A DNA stretch of 63,370 bases, filler included, from a bacterium (GCA_028719205.1; 5 parts of 4 records of this genome joined end to end with filler, not necessarily neighbours in it); one strand, 5' to 3'; positions 1-9,177 are shown, counted from the whole stretch's first letter. Made by a program: numbers and translations. Notes: generated by a model not told the origin, from the letters alone.

Positions 1-36
1 TCGTTTATTTATCATAATATTATCCCCTACGAGGAT

Positions 37-98
37 AACAAGTACTAGAAGCGGTAAGAACCTGGCTTTCAGCCAGAACCTTCCGCTTAAGTCTTGTT
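37..98. repeat. Long imperfect intergenic hairpin, degenerate attC-like
   Basis: Nested stems AACAAG/CTTGTT, AAGCGG/CCGCTT and CTGGCT/AGCCAG. The TAAC...AAGCGG...CCGCTTAA...GTT layout resembles integron attC sites. Confidence 0.4.
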
Positions 99-112
99 TA
101 TTAATATAATCG

Positions 113-1213
113 TCAGAGAAGTTTTTCTCTTATTTTATTCGCGTCTACCGGGCATCCTAAGATTTTTTCAGAGCCGGGTAAAGCATTTTTTACAGCGCAT
201 TGACCGCAGTAGATGCGTGTTTCATTTTCCTGTTTTTCGATATAAGGATCTTTCCCTATAACAAGCAATACAGGTTTTTTTCGGCTGAGACAAAAGAAAA
301 CGGTTTTAATATTATCCCAAAAAGTGCTTTCCCTTTTTGTATGCCCCGGCCGTATAGCCTCAAAGCAGGCATCGATACAGCTGGTACATCCTGTGCCGAT
401 AAAAAACGTTATTTTCCCGAGTTTAATTTTTTGTGAAAGAGGTTTCCATTTTGCCAACTGGCCGGGAAAATTAATTATCTCAAATTTTTCTTCAGGTTTT
501 TTAAGAACTTTAAGATACGGTACATCATTAATATCTATTCCCACTAACTGACAGGCAACTGAATCTATATCTATCGAATCTGTTCCCGCGATTATCCGGT
601 TAAAATTAAATTTACGGGGAAAAAAACGGGCGAAACTCTCACGCACAAAAGTCGCGTCGACTATGATTAATTCCGGTTTAAAATTAGCAAGGAGCGGCAG
701 ATGATCGTCTAATCCCCATTTATGGATATTTTTTTTGTCTTCATCGCGGCATAGCCCTTTTAAATTTTTAACAGCGCAGGTTAAAGTTACCTGAGGGTGC
801 CCTTTTAGGACAGGCACATTGATCAGCGTCTTTCCTTCTAATATATCGGGCGACTGAATTTGGAAAGAAGTTGTATGATATTTTTCATCTTTAAGGTCAA
901 TCAGCCTTACATTTTTAAATTCAGCTTCCAGTGAATTATATCCCGCGGCTTCAAAGGATTTTTTAGTATCAGTTGAAATATTTGAACTTTCCGCGATAAA
1001 TATATTTTTTACGGCGAATTTATCGTTTAAAACCTGAATTAACGCCCGAACCACCTTGACATCAGTAACAAAACCGGAACCCGAAGAAAGAGGAGCTACC
1101 AGATTCGGCTTAATAATTATTTCAGGATAGACAGGGGAGAAATTGATTTTTTCAATACAATCAGAAATCGCCTTATAAAGATTATCTGCCGGATTTATAA
1201 CAACCTTTTTCAT
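113..1213 (-). CDS. DUF362 family protein with C-terminal Cys-rich (Fe-S) domain
   Basis: IIIKPNLV, LINVPVLKGH, TCAVKNLKG and IDIDSVACQLVG DUF362 motifs; C-terminal GCTSC...CGQC...GCP. Confidence 0.8.
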   Translation of the reverse strand: MKKVVINPADNLYKAISDCIEKINFSPVYPEIIIKPNLVAPLSSGSGFVTDVKVVRALIQVLNDKFAVKNIFIAESSNISTDTKKSFEAAGYNSLEAEFKNVRLIDLKDEKYHTTSFQIQSPDILEGKTLINVPVLKGHPQVTLTCAVKNLKGLCRDEDKKNIHKWGLDDHLPLLANFKPELIIVDATFVRESFARFFPRKFNFNRIIAGTDSIDIDSVACQLVGIDINDVPYLKVLKKPEEKFEIINFPGQLAKWKPLSQKIKLGKITFFIGTGCTSCIDACFEAIRPGHTKRESTFWDNIKTVFFCLSRKKPVLLVIGKDPYIEKQENETRIYCGQCAVKNALPGSEKILGCPVDANKIREKLL

Positions 1214-1220
1214 ATGGAGC

Positions 1221-1349
1221 TTAAGCTTTTTTTTCTCTTGCCTTGCTAAGGATGATCATGGCAAATACAGCCGAGGTACTTAACAATGTAAGCCCGATCC
1301 AGATCGGTATAGTTACGATACTTTTTATGCCGCAATAAATAGTTTTCAT
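1221..1349 (-). CDS. 42-aa single-TM small protein (absent from ORF track)
   Basis: MKTIYCGIKSIVTIPIWIGLTLLSTSAVFAMIILSKAREKKA*, with an AAAGGA RBS. It fills the gap between two co-oriented genes. Confidence 0.65.
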   Translation of the reverse strand: MKTIYCGIKSIVTIPIWIGLTLLSTSAVFAMIILSKAREKKA

Positions 1350-1361
1350 AGATTTCCTTTT

Positions 1362-2183
1362 TTAATCAACCTTTTCACCGATGCAGTACAGATGATGAGC
1401 CATTAAAACTTTAAACCAGCGGGGAAAAGAAAATTCCCAATTAAGGAAGGTGTTTGCGAAGATATTATTTCTTGCATCCGGGTCAACTGTAGACCACACC
1501 CAGCCTTTAGCCTTTTTTTCGTCTCCCTCTATAATGTTCCTGAGGTAAGTTCTTCCTCCTCCGATCTCCAGGTCTAAAGTGCATAACCAAGGAGGAACAT
1601 CAACTCCGCCGGTTTCAACTATTTTAAGGCCGCATTTTTTATAAACTCCGGTTAAAGTTTTCATCCGGCTTTGCAGTATTTCTCCATGATCCCATTCTTG
1701 TTTTTCCAGAGAATGCTGCCAATGATGGAGTTTTACCCCTAAGTTATTATAATTATAAACAAAATTAATGACAAATTTCTTGCTTATTCTTTTCATTTCC
1801 AAAACTAAAGCTTCAGGATTAGCATGTTTTTCAAAGACGGAATGGTTCCAGACGATATCATATTCATTGTCTTTAAAAGGCGTGTGTGTGTCATCATCAC
1901 CTTTAACGATACACGCTTTATCATATAAACCTACTTCTTTCCATGCCGAAACAGTTTCATCATAATCCTGGCTGTTAACCATTACACCGGCTTTAAAATT
2001 ATCCTGGGTCAGCATATTGGAAGTAAAACCGGGCGTGTGGGCAATGTAAACTGCGTTTAACTCTAACAGGCTGTTTAATTTATTCTTTTTGGCAAGGTTT
2101 TCCAGTAACGTTATCGGCGCGATACGCCCGTAAAAGGCTCCTAATCCATCGTCAAATTTTCTGCAAATATTTTTGTTAATCAT
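1362..2183 (-). CDS. Class I SAM-methyltransferase-like protein (divergent)
   Basis: GDDDTHTPFKDNEYDIVWNHSVFEKH...LEMKRISKK resembles Methyltransf_11 motifs; no clear glycine-rich motif I. Confidence 0.6.
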   Translation of the reverse strand: MINKNICRKFDDGLGAFYGRIAPITLLENLAKKNKLNSLLELNAVYIAHTPGFTSNMLTQDNFKAGVMVNSQDYDETVSAWKEVGLYDKACIVKGDDDTHTPFKDNEYDIVWNHSVFEKHANPEALVLEMKRISKKFVINFVYNYNNLGVKLHHWQHSLEKQEWDHGEILQSRMKTLTGVYKKCGLKIVETGGVDVPPWLCTLDLEIGGGRTYLRNIIEGDEKKAKGWVWSTVDPDARNNIFANTFLNWEFSFPRWFKVLMAHHLYCIGEKVD

Positions 2184-2201
2184 TTTTTTTCCTATATATA
2201 A

Positions 2202-2960
2202 TTAGATTTCCCCTATTATAAAATTATGATGCGACATTACGGGGCTTAATATGTTTTTCAGTAAAGGATTATTTTCAACAAACATCATTTTTTCAATTTT
2301 CTCTCTTATCATTTCTATCGGCATTTTAGGTTTTTCCGGAGCTTTAAAATCTTTATTTAAAAATTTCTTTAATTCATTGATAGAAAACCCAATATCCGGA
2401 ATAGGCGGCATATCAATGTAGCCGCAGTCTACGATCTTTAATCCATTCTTTAAGAAAAATCTTTTTAAACCTGATAATGTTCTAAGAGATATACTGCCTT
2501 GTTCCGCATGATGACAAGGCGTGCGGGTCAGGAAATGGTATCCCCAATGGAAAGGTGTTCCGCAATTATAAATATTGGGAGTGAAGACTAAAACATATTT
2601 TTGAGACAGATTTTTCATTTTTAGAAGCATTTCCGGGTTTTGCTGCATAAGCGCGAAATTCCATACCAAATCGTATTTTTTTGTAAAATTAAGCCCGGAA
2701 AATACAGGTTGTGACGGAAAACGCCACCTTTTTTTAATTTCATCAATATTTTGATCTGAGACGGTTACAGATTTTTTTTCAAAAAAGATAATATTATCAT
2801 ATCCTTTAGTTATTTTACAGCCATATTCCAGTAAAGACTGAAATTGATAATTAATTACTGATTTTTCGAAAAATCTCTTAAGCACGATTCGTTCGTAAAT
2901 TGACCCGATTCCTTCTTCATTAATTAATGAACAGATAAAGTTTTCAATATTATTTTCCAT
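2202..2960 (-). CDS. Class I SAM-methyltransferase-like protein, paralog of 1362-2183
   Basis: SLLEYGC and KYDLVWNFALMQ...MKNLSQKYVLVFTPN; shares the C-terminal (M)xHHxxxIGE with its neighbour. Confidence 0.55.
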   Translation of the reverse strand: MENNIENFICSLINEEGIGSIYERIVLKRFFEKSVINYQFQSLLEYGCKITKGYDNIIFFEKKSVTVSDQNIDEIKKRWRFPSQPVFSGLNFTKKYDLVWNFALMQQNPEMLLKMKNLSQKYVLVFTPNIYNCGTPFHWGYHFLTRTPCHHAEQGSISLRTLSGLKRFFLKNGLKIVDCGYIDMPPIPDIGFSINELKKFLNKDFKAPEKPKMPIEMIREKIEKMMFVENNPLLKNILSPVMSHHNFIIGEI

Positions 2961-2968
2961 AAGCAGAT

Positions 2969-2997
2969 ATTATAACTAAGAAAGCAGTGATTTGCAA
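2969..2997 (-). promoter_or_regulatory. sigma70-type promoter TTGCAA-N17-TATAAT, 8 nt before ATG 2960
   Basis: Direct reading of the minus strand. Confidence 0.55.
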
Positions 2998-3007
2998 ACA
3001 AATTTTT

Positions 3008-4072
3008 TTAAAAGAAAGTAAGGGCGATTTTAACCAGTGTTTTAATATTAAAAAGCATATTGGTATAACTGGCATTGGCAAGAGGGCAAAAACAGCTGCC
3101 GTTTTTTATTTTTTTTCTTTCTTCCTTTGCTTTTTCTGAAAACCATATTTCTCTGAAGTCATAATTCGCCTGGCGTAAATTACCGATCGGGTCCGCTTTA
3201 ATACAACACATCCAGACATCTCCGTTAGGCGCGATATGGCATGAAGAAAAACCCGCGTAACACGGAATGATCTGGCGTTTTTCTTTCAAGACTTTTTTTA
3301 CCATATTATAGTAATTGAATCTGAAAGCCCGGGTAATTTTACCAAGTCCTGAAGCGGGATATGTCTTTAAAATATTTACAAGTTCATCTATAGCCGTTGT
3401 ATATTCCTCAAGTGACGGGGTAATATCAGAATTAATTGTATCTAACTCCACTCTTTTTTCCGCGATTTCAGTAATATAACTGTCTGGATTTAAAGATATA
3501 AGTTCAGAAGCTATTTCAGGGAGCCTTTTAAAATTGAATTTAGAGACGACAGTATGAATCCCCACTGTTAAGTTTGGATGATTTATTTTCTTCAGGTTAT
3601 TAAACGTTTTGATCGTTTTTGCGAAATTATCTTTAATATTCCGGATCTCATCATGTTTCTCGCCGATTTCATCCAATGAAACATTAATAACTAATTTGGT
3701 TCCCGGGCATAGTGTTAAAATATTTTTAACTTTATCAACAATAATTTCAGTTAAAATCCCATTAGTCGGGATATTTATTATTTTCGGACGGCATGTTTTA
3801 TAGAGGCATTGGATTATTTCAACAATATCCTTCCTCAGAAATGGTTCACCGCCGCTAATAGTGATCCAATAGGGAGATGTCCCCATGCTTGTGAATATTT
3901 TTTTATATTCTTCAATAGTTAATTCATCTGTTTTTTTAAACCAGATATTACAGGTTTTGCATCTTGAATTACAGCGGTATGTCAGGCTGATAGTATAATT
4001 TAAAGGAAGCAATCTTGGCCGGTTAAATTGGCGGAAACATTTATACTGAGGGATTTTTGTTAGTAATGACAT
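3008..4072 (-). CDS. Radical SAM protein with SPASM/twitch domain
   Basis: CNSRCKTC, ISGGEPFLR, C-terminal CYAG...GDVWMCC...GNL...CFC. Confidence 0.9.
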   Translation of the reverse strand: MSLLTKIPQYKCFRQFNRPRLLPLNYTISLTYRCNSRCKTCNIWFKKTDELTIEEYKKIFTSMGTSPYWITISGGEPFLRKDIVEIIQCLYKTCRPKIINIPTNGILTEIIVDKVKNILTLCPGTKLVINVSLDEIGEKHDEIRNIKDNFAKTIKTFNNLKKINHPNLTVGIHTVVSKFNFKRLPEIASELISLNPDSYITEIAEKRVELDTINSDITPSLEEYTTAIDELVNILKTYPASGLGKITRAFRFNYYNMVKKVLKEKRQIIPCYAGFSSCHIAPNGDVWMCCIKADPIGNLRQANYDFREIWFSEKAKEERKKIKNGSCFCPLANASYTNMLFNIKTLVKIALTFF

Positions 4073-4073
4073 G

Positions 4074-4967
4074 TTAGTTTATTTGTTTTGTTGATTCTAT
4101 CATATCCCAAATAACAGGATTTTTCTTTTTAATATAAAAATCGTACATTCCGAGTAACCTTCCAAGTATCTCAAGAAGAATTGCTCCAAATACCCAAAAC
4201 GAATATTTCAAGCTCAATTCTTTTAATGTTAAACGGAACGCGCGGTAAGGGTTCATTGAAGAAGCCTCATAATTCAGGGATTTTTTCACCTGCAGATGGC
4301 CGGTAAATATCCTTCTCCTTTGTTTTAAAAAATCTTTGATTGTTTCAGGCCCTTTGTTTGTAACAAGGGCCTCTGGCGCGTAGCATAGGCTCAGCCCTTG
4401 TTTTTTTATTTCAGCCTCCAATGATATTTCATCAACAGCCGTATCTTCCGGGATCTTTTTGACTACATTGCGAAATGCTATTAATTCTCCCAATTTAATA
4501 GATTCTTTATTTAGATTGTGATGGATCTGCCATTGGAGATGCACGACAAAACCCATAAAATTATTTTTCGGGTTTACCGGGATAGGATGCCCTCCGGTCA
4601 TACCTATTTTAGGGTCAAGGAACGGCTTGATCAAAAATTCAAAAGTGTTTGTTAACGGAATATTATCGCCATTCTGCACTATCAGGATATCGCCTTTTGC
4701 TTCTTTAATAAAAAGGTTTATCGCGGAGGCTTTCCCCTCCCGTTTTTCCTGAATAAGAAGTTTAATGTAAGTGTGCCTGGGTAAAAAATTATTTTTTACA
4801 ATATTAACGGTACCATCAGTACACCCTGAAGCGATGACAATAATTTCCTGAATAATTCCGGATATGATTTTTTGTGATATCGCCGCCTCAATTGCTTTTG
4901 AAATATTCTTTTCTTCATTATATGCCATTATTCCCAGGCTGCATTTTAATAATTTATTATTTTCCAT
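4074..4967 (-). CDS. Glycosyltransferase family 2
   Basis: GIMAYNEE, SGCTDGT, GKASAIN, AVDE and QRRRI (QxxRW-like) motifs; C-terminal hydrophobic segment. Confidence 0.85.
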   Translation of the reverse strand: MENNKLLKCSLGIMAYNEEKNISKAIEAAISQKIISGIIQEIIVIASGCTDGTVNIVKNNFLPRHTYIKLLIQEKREGKASAINLFIKEAKGDILIVQNGDNIPLTNTFEFLIKPFLDPKIGMTGGHPIPVNPKNNFMGFVVHLQWQIHHNLNKESIKLGELIAFRNVVKKIPEDTAVDEISLEAEIKKQGLSLCYAPEALVTNKGPETIKDFLKQRRRIFTGHLQVKKSLNYEASSMNPYRAFRLTLKELSLKYSFWVFGAILLEILGRLLGMYDFYIKKKNPVIWDMIESTKQIN

Positions 4968-4989
4968 TTATTAGAGATCCTTCGGCACT

Positions 4990-5537
4990 TCACTTAATTA
5001 GTATTACGTTATATTCTTTTATTTCTTCAAAATTTGCTTTTAAATTTTCTCCAAGCTGTTTGGCTTCTTTTTCATCATTAAAAAGCCCTGCACGGATAGT
5101 ATACCATATCGTTCCGTTTATAATTACTTTTTTGACATAAGCATAATTGCGGGTATTAGCCTTGTTAATTTTATCCGTAAAATTAGATGCCCAGACTTTG
5201 TCTTTATCAGAAGCTATTTCAACAGTCCATATTTGCTTGATTTTTCTCGGAGGAATATATGATATTTTCTTTTCTTCTTGTACTGCTGTGGTTTCGGGTT
5301 TTTTCTGTATAGCGGCAGTAGTTTCAACAGGTTTAACAGTTTCAATTTTCGCGGTATCCTTAATTTCCGCCCTGACAGCCGTGGTTTCGGGTTTTTTCTG
5401 TATAGCGGCGGTAGTTTCAACAGGTTTAACAGTTTCAATTTTCGCGGTATCCTTAATTTCCGCCCTGACAGCCGTGGTTTCGGGTTTTTTCTGTATAGCG
5501 GCGGTAGTTTCAACAGGTTTAACAGTTTCAATTTTCG
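4990..5537 (-). CDS. SPOR-domain (peptidoglycan-binding) protein, 5' truncated, with repetitive linker
   Basis: Open minus frame from the contig edge: repeats, then IWTVEIASDKDK...WYTIRAGLFNDEKEAKQLGENLK...VILIK*, matching the SPOR pattern. Not in the ORF track. Confidence 0.7.
5288..5537. repeat. 93-bp coding tandem repeat (about 2.7 copies; 31 aa KIETVKPVETTAAIQKKPETTAVRAEIKDTA)
   Basis: Near-identical units start at 5288, 5381 and 5474. The contig breaks inside the repeat. Confidence 0.95.
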
Positions 5538-5637
5538 NNNNNNNNNNNNNNNNNNNNNNNNNNNNNNNNNNNNNNNNNNNNTTAATTAATTAANNNNNNN
5601 NNNNNNNNNNNNNNNNNNNNNNNNNNNNNNNNNNNNN
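5538..5637. other. Artificial contig spacer
   Basis: 44 N + TTAATTAATTAA (stops in all six frames) + 44 N. Confidence 0.98.
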
Positions 5638-6069
5638 TTTCCCTGACGGTTTTATTTTCTCCATAATGTGTTTCAGCTGCCCGGCAATATATTCCACAAA
5701 GAAAATACCAAAAGCGCAGGAAACAGCGTCAAAATGCTCTTTCGGGAATTCAAGCGCCTGCATATCCATTTCAAGGAATTGAACATTATTCACCCCTGCC
5801 TTATCAGCTTTAGCCTTTGCCTGTGAAAGCATGCCTTCCGAAAAATCAATACCGATTACTTTGCCCTTTGGCAGATGTTTGGAAATAGCAAGAGCCATAT
5901 GCCCTGTTCCCGTTGCCACATCAAGCACATGTTCCTTACCCTTAAATTTAAAACACTCCGCCATGTAACAGGCGCTTTTAGAGAAAAATCTTAAAGCATC
6001 ATTCTCATACCCGTCCGCGACCATATCAAACGTTTTCTTTAAAATTTCCTTGCGTTCTTTCGCATCCAT
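5638..6069 (-). CDS. Class I SAM-dependent methyltransferase (UbiE-like), 3' truncated
   Basis: VLDVATGTG, GIDFSEGML, FDAVSCAFGIFF. Confidence 0.85.
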
Positions 6070-6091
6070 AATATCCTATCCTTTCTATTTT

Positions 6092-6472
6092 TCATAAACA
6101 AATCCCAGAAAACCTATATCCGATCCAAACGGCAGCCAACCCAATAAATACCTGAGCAACAATATTAATACCAGCCGTAAAAATTTTCCCGTTATTTAAT
6201 AAAAGGAATGTTTCATAACCAAAAGAGGAGAATGTCGTAAATCCGCCAAGAATTCCGACAAACAAAAAAAGCCTTGTCTCGGGAGTAAATCCCTGGCGCA
6301 AATTAACAATACCGCCAAGAAATCCAATTACTAAACATCCCAAAATATTTACAGTAAGCGTTCCATAAGGAAATTCAGGGTTATTCAGCAATCGTGAAAC
6401 CCAGTTCCCTAAAAGATACCGGAACACCGAGCCTATAAAACCGCCTAATCCTACAATTAAAATTTTAATCAT
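6092..6472 (-). CDS. crcB: Fluoride efflux channel FluC/CrcB
   Basis: GLGGFIGSVFRY, FPYGTLTVNILG, GILGGFTTFSSF. Start placed at MIKILIV. Confidence 0.95.
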   Translation of the reverse strand: MIKILIVGLGGFIGSVFRYLLGNWVSRLLNNPEFPYGTLTVNILGCLVIGFLGGIVNLRQGFTPETRLFLFVGILGGFTTFSSFGYETFLLLNNGKIFTAGINIVAQVFIGLAAVWIGYRFSGICL

Positions 6473-6631
6473 ATTCATTATTCGCTTTTTGTTAACTATT
6501 GAAAAATATTCTATAACTATTTTGTTTATTTGTCGATGGAAATATTGAAGACCGAAATACTTTTTCAAATTACCTATTCGTAATTAAGTTAGCACGTTGA
6601 GTCAGAAATTTTATAAACATCATAATAAATC

Positions 6632-6686
6632 TTGACATAATATTTCATATAATTTATACTTAATATGTAAGCAAACGTTTACTTAC
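6632..6686 (+). promoter_or_regulatory. Promoter TTGACA-N17-TATACT with overlapping palindromic TetR operator
   Basis: TTGACA 6632-6637, TATACT 6655-6660, near-perfect palindrome GTAAGCAAACGTTTACTTAC 6667-6686 at the predicted start site. Confidence 0.75.
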
Positions 6687-6697
6687 TTTAAAAACAT

Positions 6698-7291
6698 ATG
6701 AAATCAAGAAAATACTCAACAAGACAGCGTGAAATAGCGGAATGCGCGCGGAGAATCATTGTAACTAAAGGTATTGAACGGCTGACTATAAGGGAAATAG
6801 CGAAGGACCTTAATTTAACCGATGGGGCTTTATACAGGCATTTTAAAAGCAAGAACGAAATAATTGGCTTATTAATAGAAGATATTGAAAACACCCTGCT
6901 AAATACGATCGAAAAAGCGGCTAAAAAAGCGAATAATCCTCTAGTTAAATTAATGAATATTTTTTTGTCGCATATTTCCTATGCCGAACAAAGGAAGGGT
7001 GTTACTTTCATAGTTATAAATGAAACTCTAAGTTTACAAGATAAACTTTTACGAAACAAAATGTCCGATATTATACAAAAATATCTAAAAAAAATAGAAG
7101 AGATTCTTATTGATGGGGTTTTGTCAGAAAAATTCAGAAAAAATATAGATACTGCTTCCGCAAGCATAGCTTTCTTTGGAATGGTGCAATCCCTAGTTAC
7201 AATATGGGCTTTAAGCGGTTACAAATATTCGTTAAGGGAAAAACATATTCAAAATTGTTTTGAAATATATAAAAAAGGAATAGTATCATAA
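6698..7291 (+). CDS. TetR/AcrR family transcriptional regulator
   Basis: N-terminal HTH LTIREIAKDLNLTDGALYRHFKSKNEI. Confidence 0.93.
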   Translation: MKSRKYSTRQREIAECARRIIVTKGIERLTIREIAKDLNLTDGALYRHFKSKNEIIGLLIEDIENTLLNTIEKAAKKANNPLVKLMNIFLSHISYAEQRKGVTFIVINETLSLQDKLLRNKMSDIIQKYLKKIEEILIDGVLSEKFRKNIDTASASIAFFGMVQSLVTIWALSGYKYSLREKHIQNCFEIYKKGIVS

Positions 7292-7300
7292 GGGGTTTAA

Positions 7301-8989
7301 ATGATTGAAGGATTCGCATCCACTTTTGGAAAAATATCCAGCATACATACAAATGTGTTATTTTTACTCGGATTGATCTTATTCGCAGGGGCAATGGGGG
7401 GAAAGATATTCCAAAAACTGAAGATACCTCAGGTTGTCGGATATATTATTGCCGGTATTATATTTGGGCGGTCAGGATTAAATATTATTAACAAGGATAT
7501 AATCGAAGCATTAATACCCTTTAATTATTTTGCTTTAGGATTGATTGGCTTTATGATCGGCGGAGAGCTTAAAAAAGAAGTGTTTCAGCGGTATGGCAAA
7601 CAGCTTATCATTATATTGTTAGCGGAAGGACTTGCCGCTTTTTTTATTGTTTTTCTTCTTGTAGGATTATTGGGGAGCTTAGTTCTTGGCGGGGGTGTTT
7701 ATTATTGGGCTCTTGGTTTATTGTTAGGAGCAATTGCTTCTGCGACAGCGCCCGCGGCAACTACCGATGTGCTTTGGGAATATAAGACGAAAGGCCCGTT
7801 AACTACAACAGTTTTAGGCATAGTGGCATTGGATGATGGATTGGCCCTGCTTTTATTCGCGTTCGCATCCAGTATTGCCCCTAGTATGCTTGGTGTCCAT
7901 TCTTCATTGTTATCGGCAATAGGCAAGCCTATTTATGAAATTGGGTTAGGTATTTTAGTTGGAGTAATATTTGGTTTTATGCTTATTAAAATACTTAGAA
8001 AATACGCTGAAAAAGAAAAAATACTGGTTTTTTCTTTGTGCAGTATACTTTTTGCTCTGGGAGTAGCTTTAATAATGGAAATAGATATGCTTTTAGCAGC
8101 GATGACTATGGGTATTGTGTTAGTGAATTATGAATCACGGTTAAGCAAAGAAGTGTTTAACTTAACGTTTGGATTCGCGACACCCTTTTATATATTATTC
8201 TTTTTTCTTGTGGGAGCAAAATTTGATTTGCAGGTAACGTCCTTGAGTGTAATATTTATCGCGATACTTTATGTTTTAGGCAGGACTTTCGGTAAAATGG
8301 CAGGCGCTTATTTAGGGGCAAAATATTCAGGTGCCCCAGTAACCGTTATGAAATATCTTCCTTATTGTCTTTTCAGCCAGGCAGGAGTCGCTATCGGATT
8401 ATCAATATTAGCATCTCAGATTTTTCCGGGGCAAATAGGAAATTCTATAATTGTTATCGTAACGCTTACCACGTTTATAGTACAGATCATTGGCCCTCCA
8501 TGCGTGAAATATGCCGTTGTTAAAGCTCAGGAGGCCGGTTTAAATATAACAGAGGATGATGTGCTTCGAAAAACTACAATAGGCCAAATTATAGATAAAG
8601 ATCCACCATGTGTAAATGACAATATTCAATTAAAAGATATTCTAAAAATATTTAGCAACAGCAAATATCATAATTATCCTGTTGTAGATGCTGAAAAAAG
8701 ATTAAAAGGAGTTATAACGTTTGAGAGTATAAGGCAATCATATGCTCATGCTGAAGCCGGGAATATTATTCTCGCTCATGATATTATGGAACCGGTAATA
8801 ACCAGAAAAATATCAATCAATTCTTCTCTATTGGAAGCCGGGGAAATTATGAATAAATATGGCATTGATTATTTATCTATTGTCGATGAAAGGTCAGTAC
8901 TTTTGGGTTTCGTTGAAAAAAGAGTAATAGAAAGTTTTGTTTCTATTAAATTGATCGAAATTGAACAGAAAATAGCTTCAATGGCTTGA
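7301..8989 (+). CDS. Cation:proton antiporter with C-terminal CBS pair
   Basis: Multiple TMs with KIPQVVGYIIAG, ATAPAAT, ALDD and QAGVAIGL; CBS motifs YPVVD..LKGVIT and AHDIM. Confidence 0.9.
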   Translation: MIEGFASTFGKISSIHTNVLFLLGLILFAGAMGGKIFQKLKIPQVVGYIIAGIIFGRSGLNIINKDIIEALIPFNYFALGLIGFMIGGELKKEVFQRYGKQLIIILLAEGLAAFFIVFLLVGLLGSLVLGGGVYYWALGLLLGAIASATAPAATTDVLWEYKTKGPLTTTVLGIVALDDGLALLLFAFASSIAPSMLGVHSSLLSAIGKPIYEIGLGILVGVIFGFMLIKILRKYAEKEKILVFSLCSILFALGVALIMEIDMLLAAMTMGIVLVNYESRLSKEVFNLTFGFATPFYILFFFLVGAKFDLQVTSLSVIFIAILYVLGRTFGKMAGAYLGAKYSGAPVTVMKYLPYCLFSQAGVAIGLSILASQIFPGQIGNSIIVIVTLTTFIVQIIGPPCVKYAVVKAQEAGLNITEDDVLRKTTIGQIIDKDPPCVNDNIQLKDILKIFSNSKYHNYPVVDAEKRLKGVITFESIRQSYAHAEAGNIILAHDIMEPVITRKISINSSLLEAGEIMNKYGIDYLSIVDERSVLLGFVEKRVIESFVSIKLIEIEQKIASMA

Positions 8990-9084
8990 TTTTTAAGATA
9001 ATTGTTGTGATTTAATAAAAAATATTAATGGAAAAATGTAAAAGGTCGATAAATCTGATAAAATATAAAATTAAATAAAGTATT

Positions 9085-9145
9085 TGCAAGGGTTCAGAAA
9101 TAGATAATATTTCTGGAGGTTTTTGACTGGTCGGGCCGCCACTCA
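9085..9145 (+). ncRNA. Candidate monovalent-cation riboswitch aptamer (nhaA-I/Li+-I/Na+-like)
   Basis: GGGTT, hairpin CAGAAATA/TATTTCTG, then CTGGTCGGGCCGCC. The 3' end overlaps a terminator stem in the leader of a membrane protein gene. Family assignment is from my recollection of the consensus. Confidence 0.5.
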
Positions 9146-9177
9146 GCATTAATTTAATGCTGTATGGCGGCTTTTTT
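9135..9177 (+). terminator. Intrinsic terminator (possible riboswitch expression platform)
   Basis: GCCGCCA..CAGCATTA/TAATGCTG..TGGCGGC followed by TTTTTT, 40 nt upstream of ATG 9217. Confidence 0.8.

Noticed and set aside
5288-5537. Possible CRISPR array
   Set aside because: Contiguous 93-bp units with no unique spacers, in frame within a coding sequence, and no cas genes.
5147-5593. ORF-track ORFs 5147-5593(+), 5278-5589(+) and 5214-5531(-)
   Set aside because: Shadow frames of the repeat. The real gene is the minus-strand SPOR frame ending at 4990.
5538-5637. Recurrent TTAATTAATTAA motif within N runs (also at 18473, 24826, 43681)
   Set aside because: Artificial contig linker. ORFs ending in or crossing it, and any cross-contig synteny, are artefacts.
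6480-6630. Fluoride riboswitch upstream of crcB
   Set aside because: No GGCGATGG..CGCC / GCTGATGAC-like core found on the minus strand.
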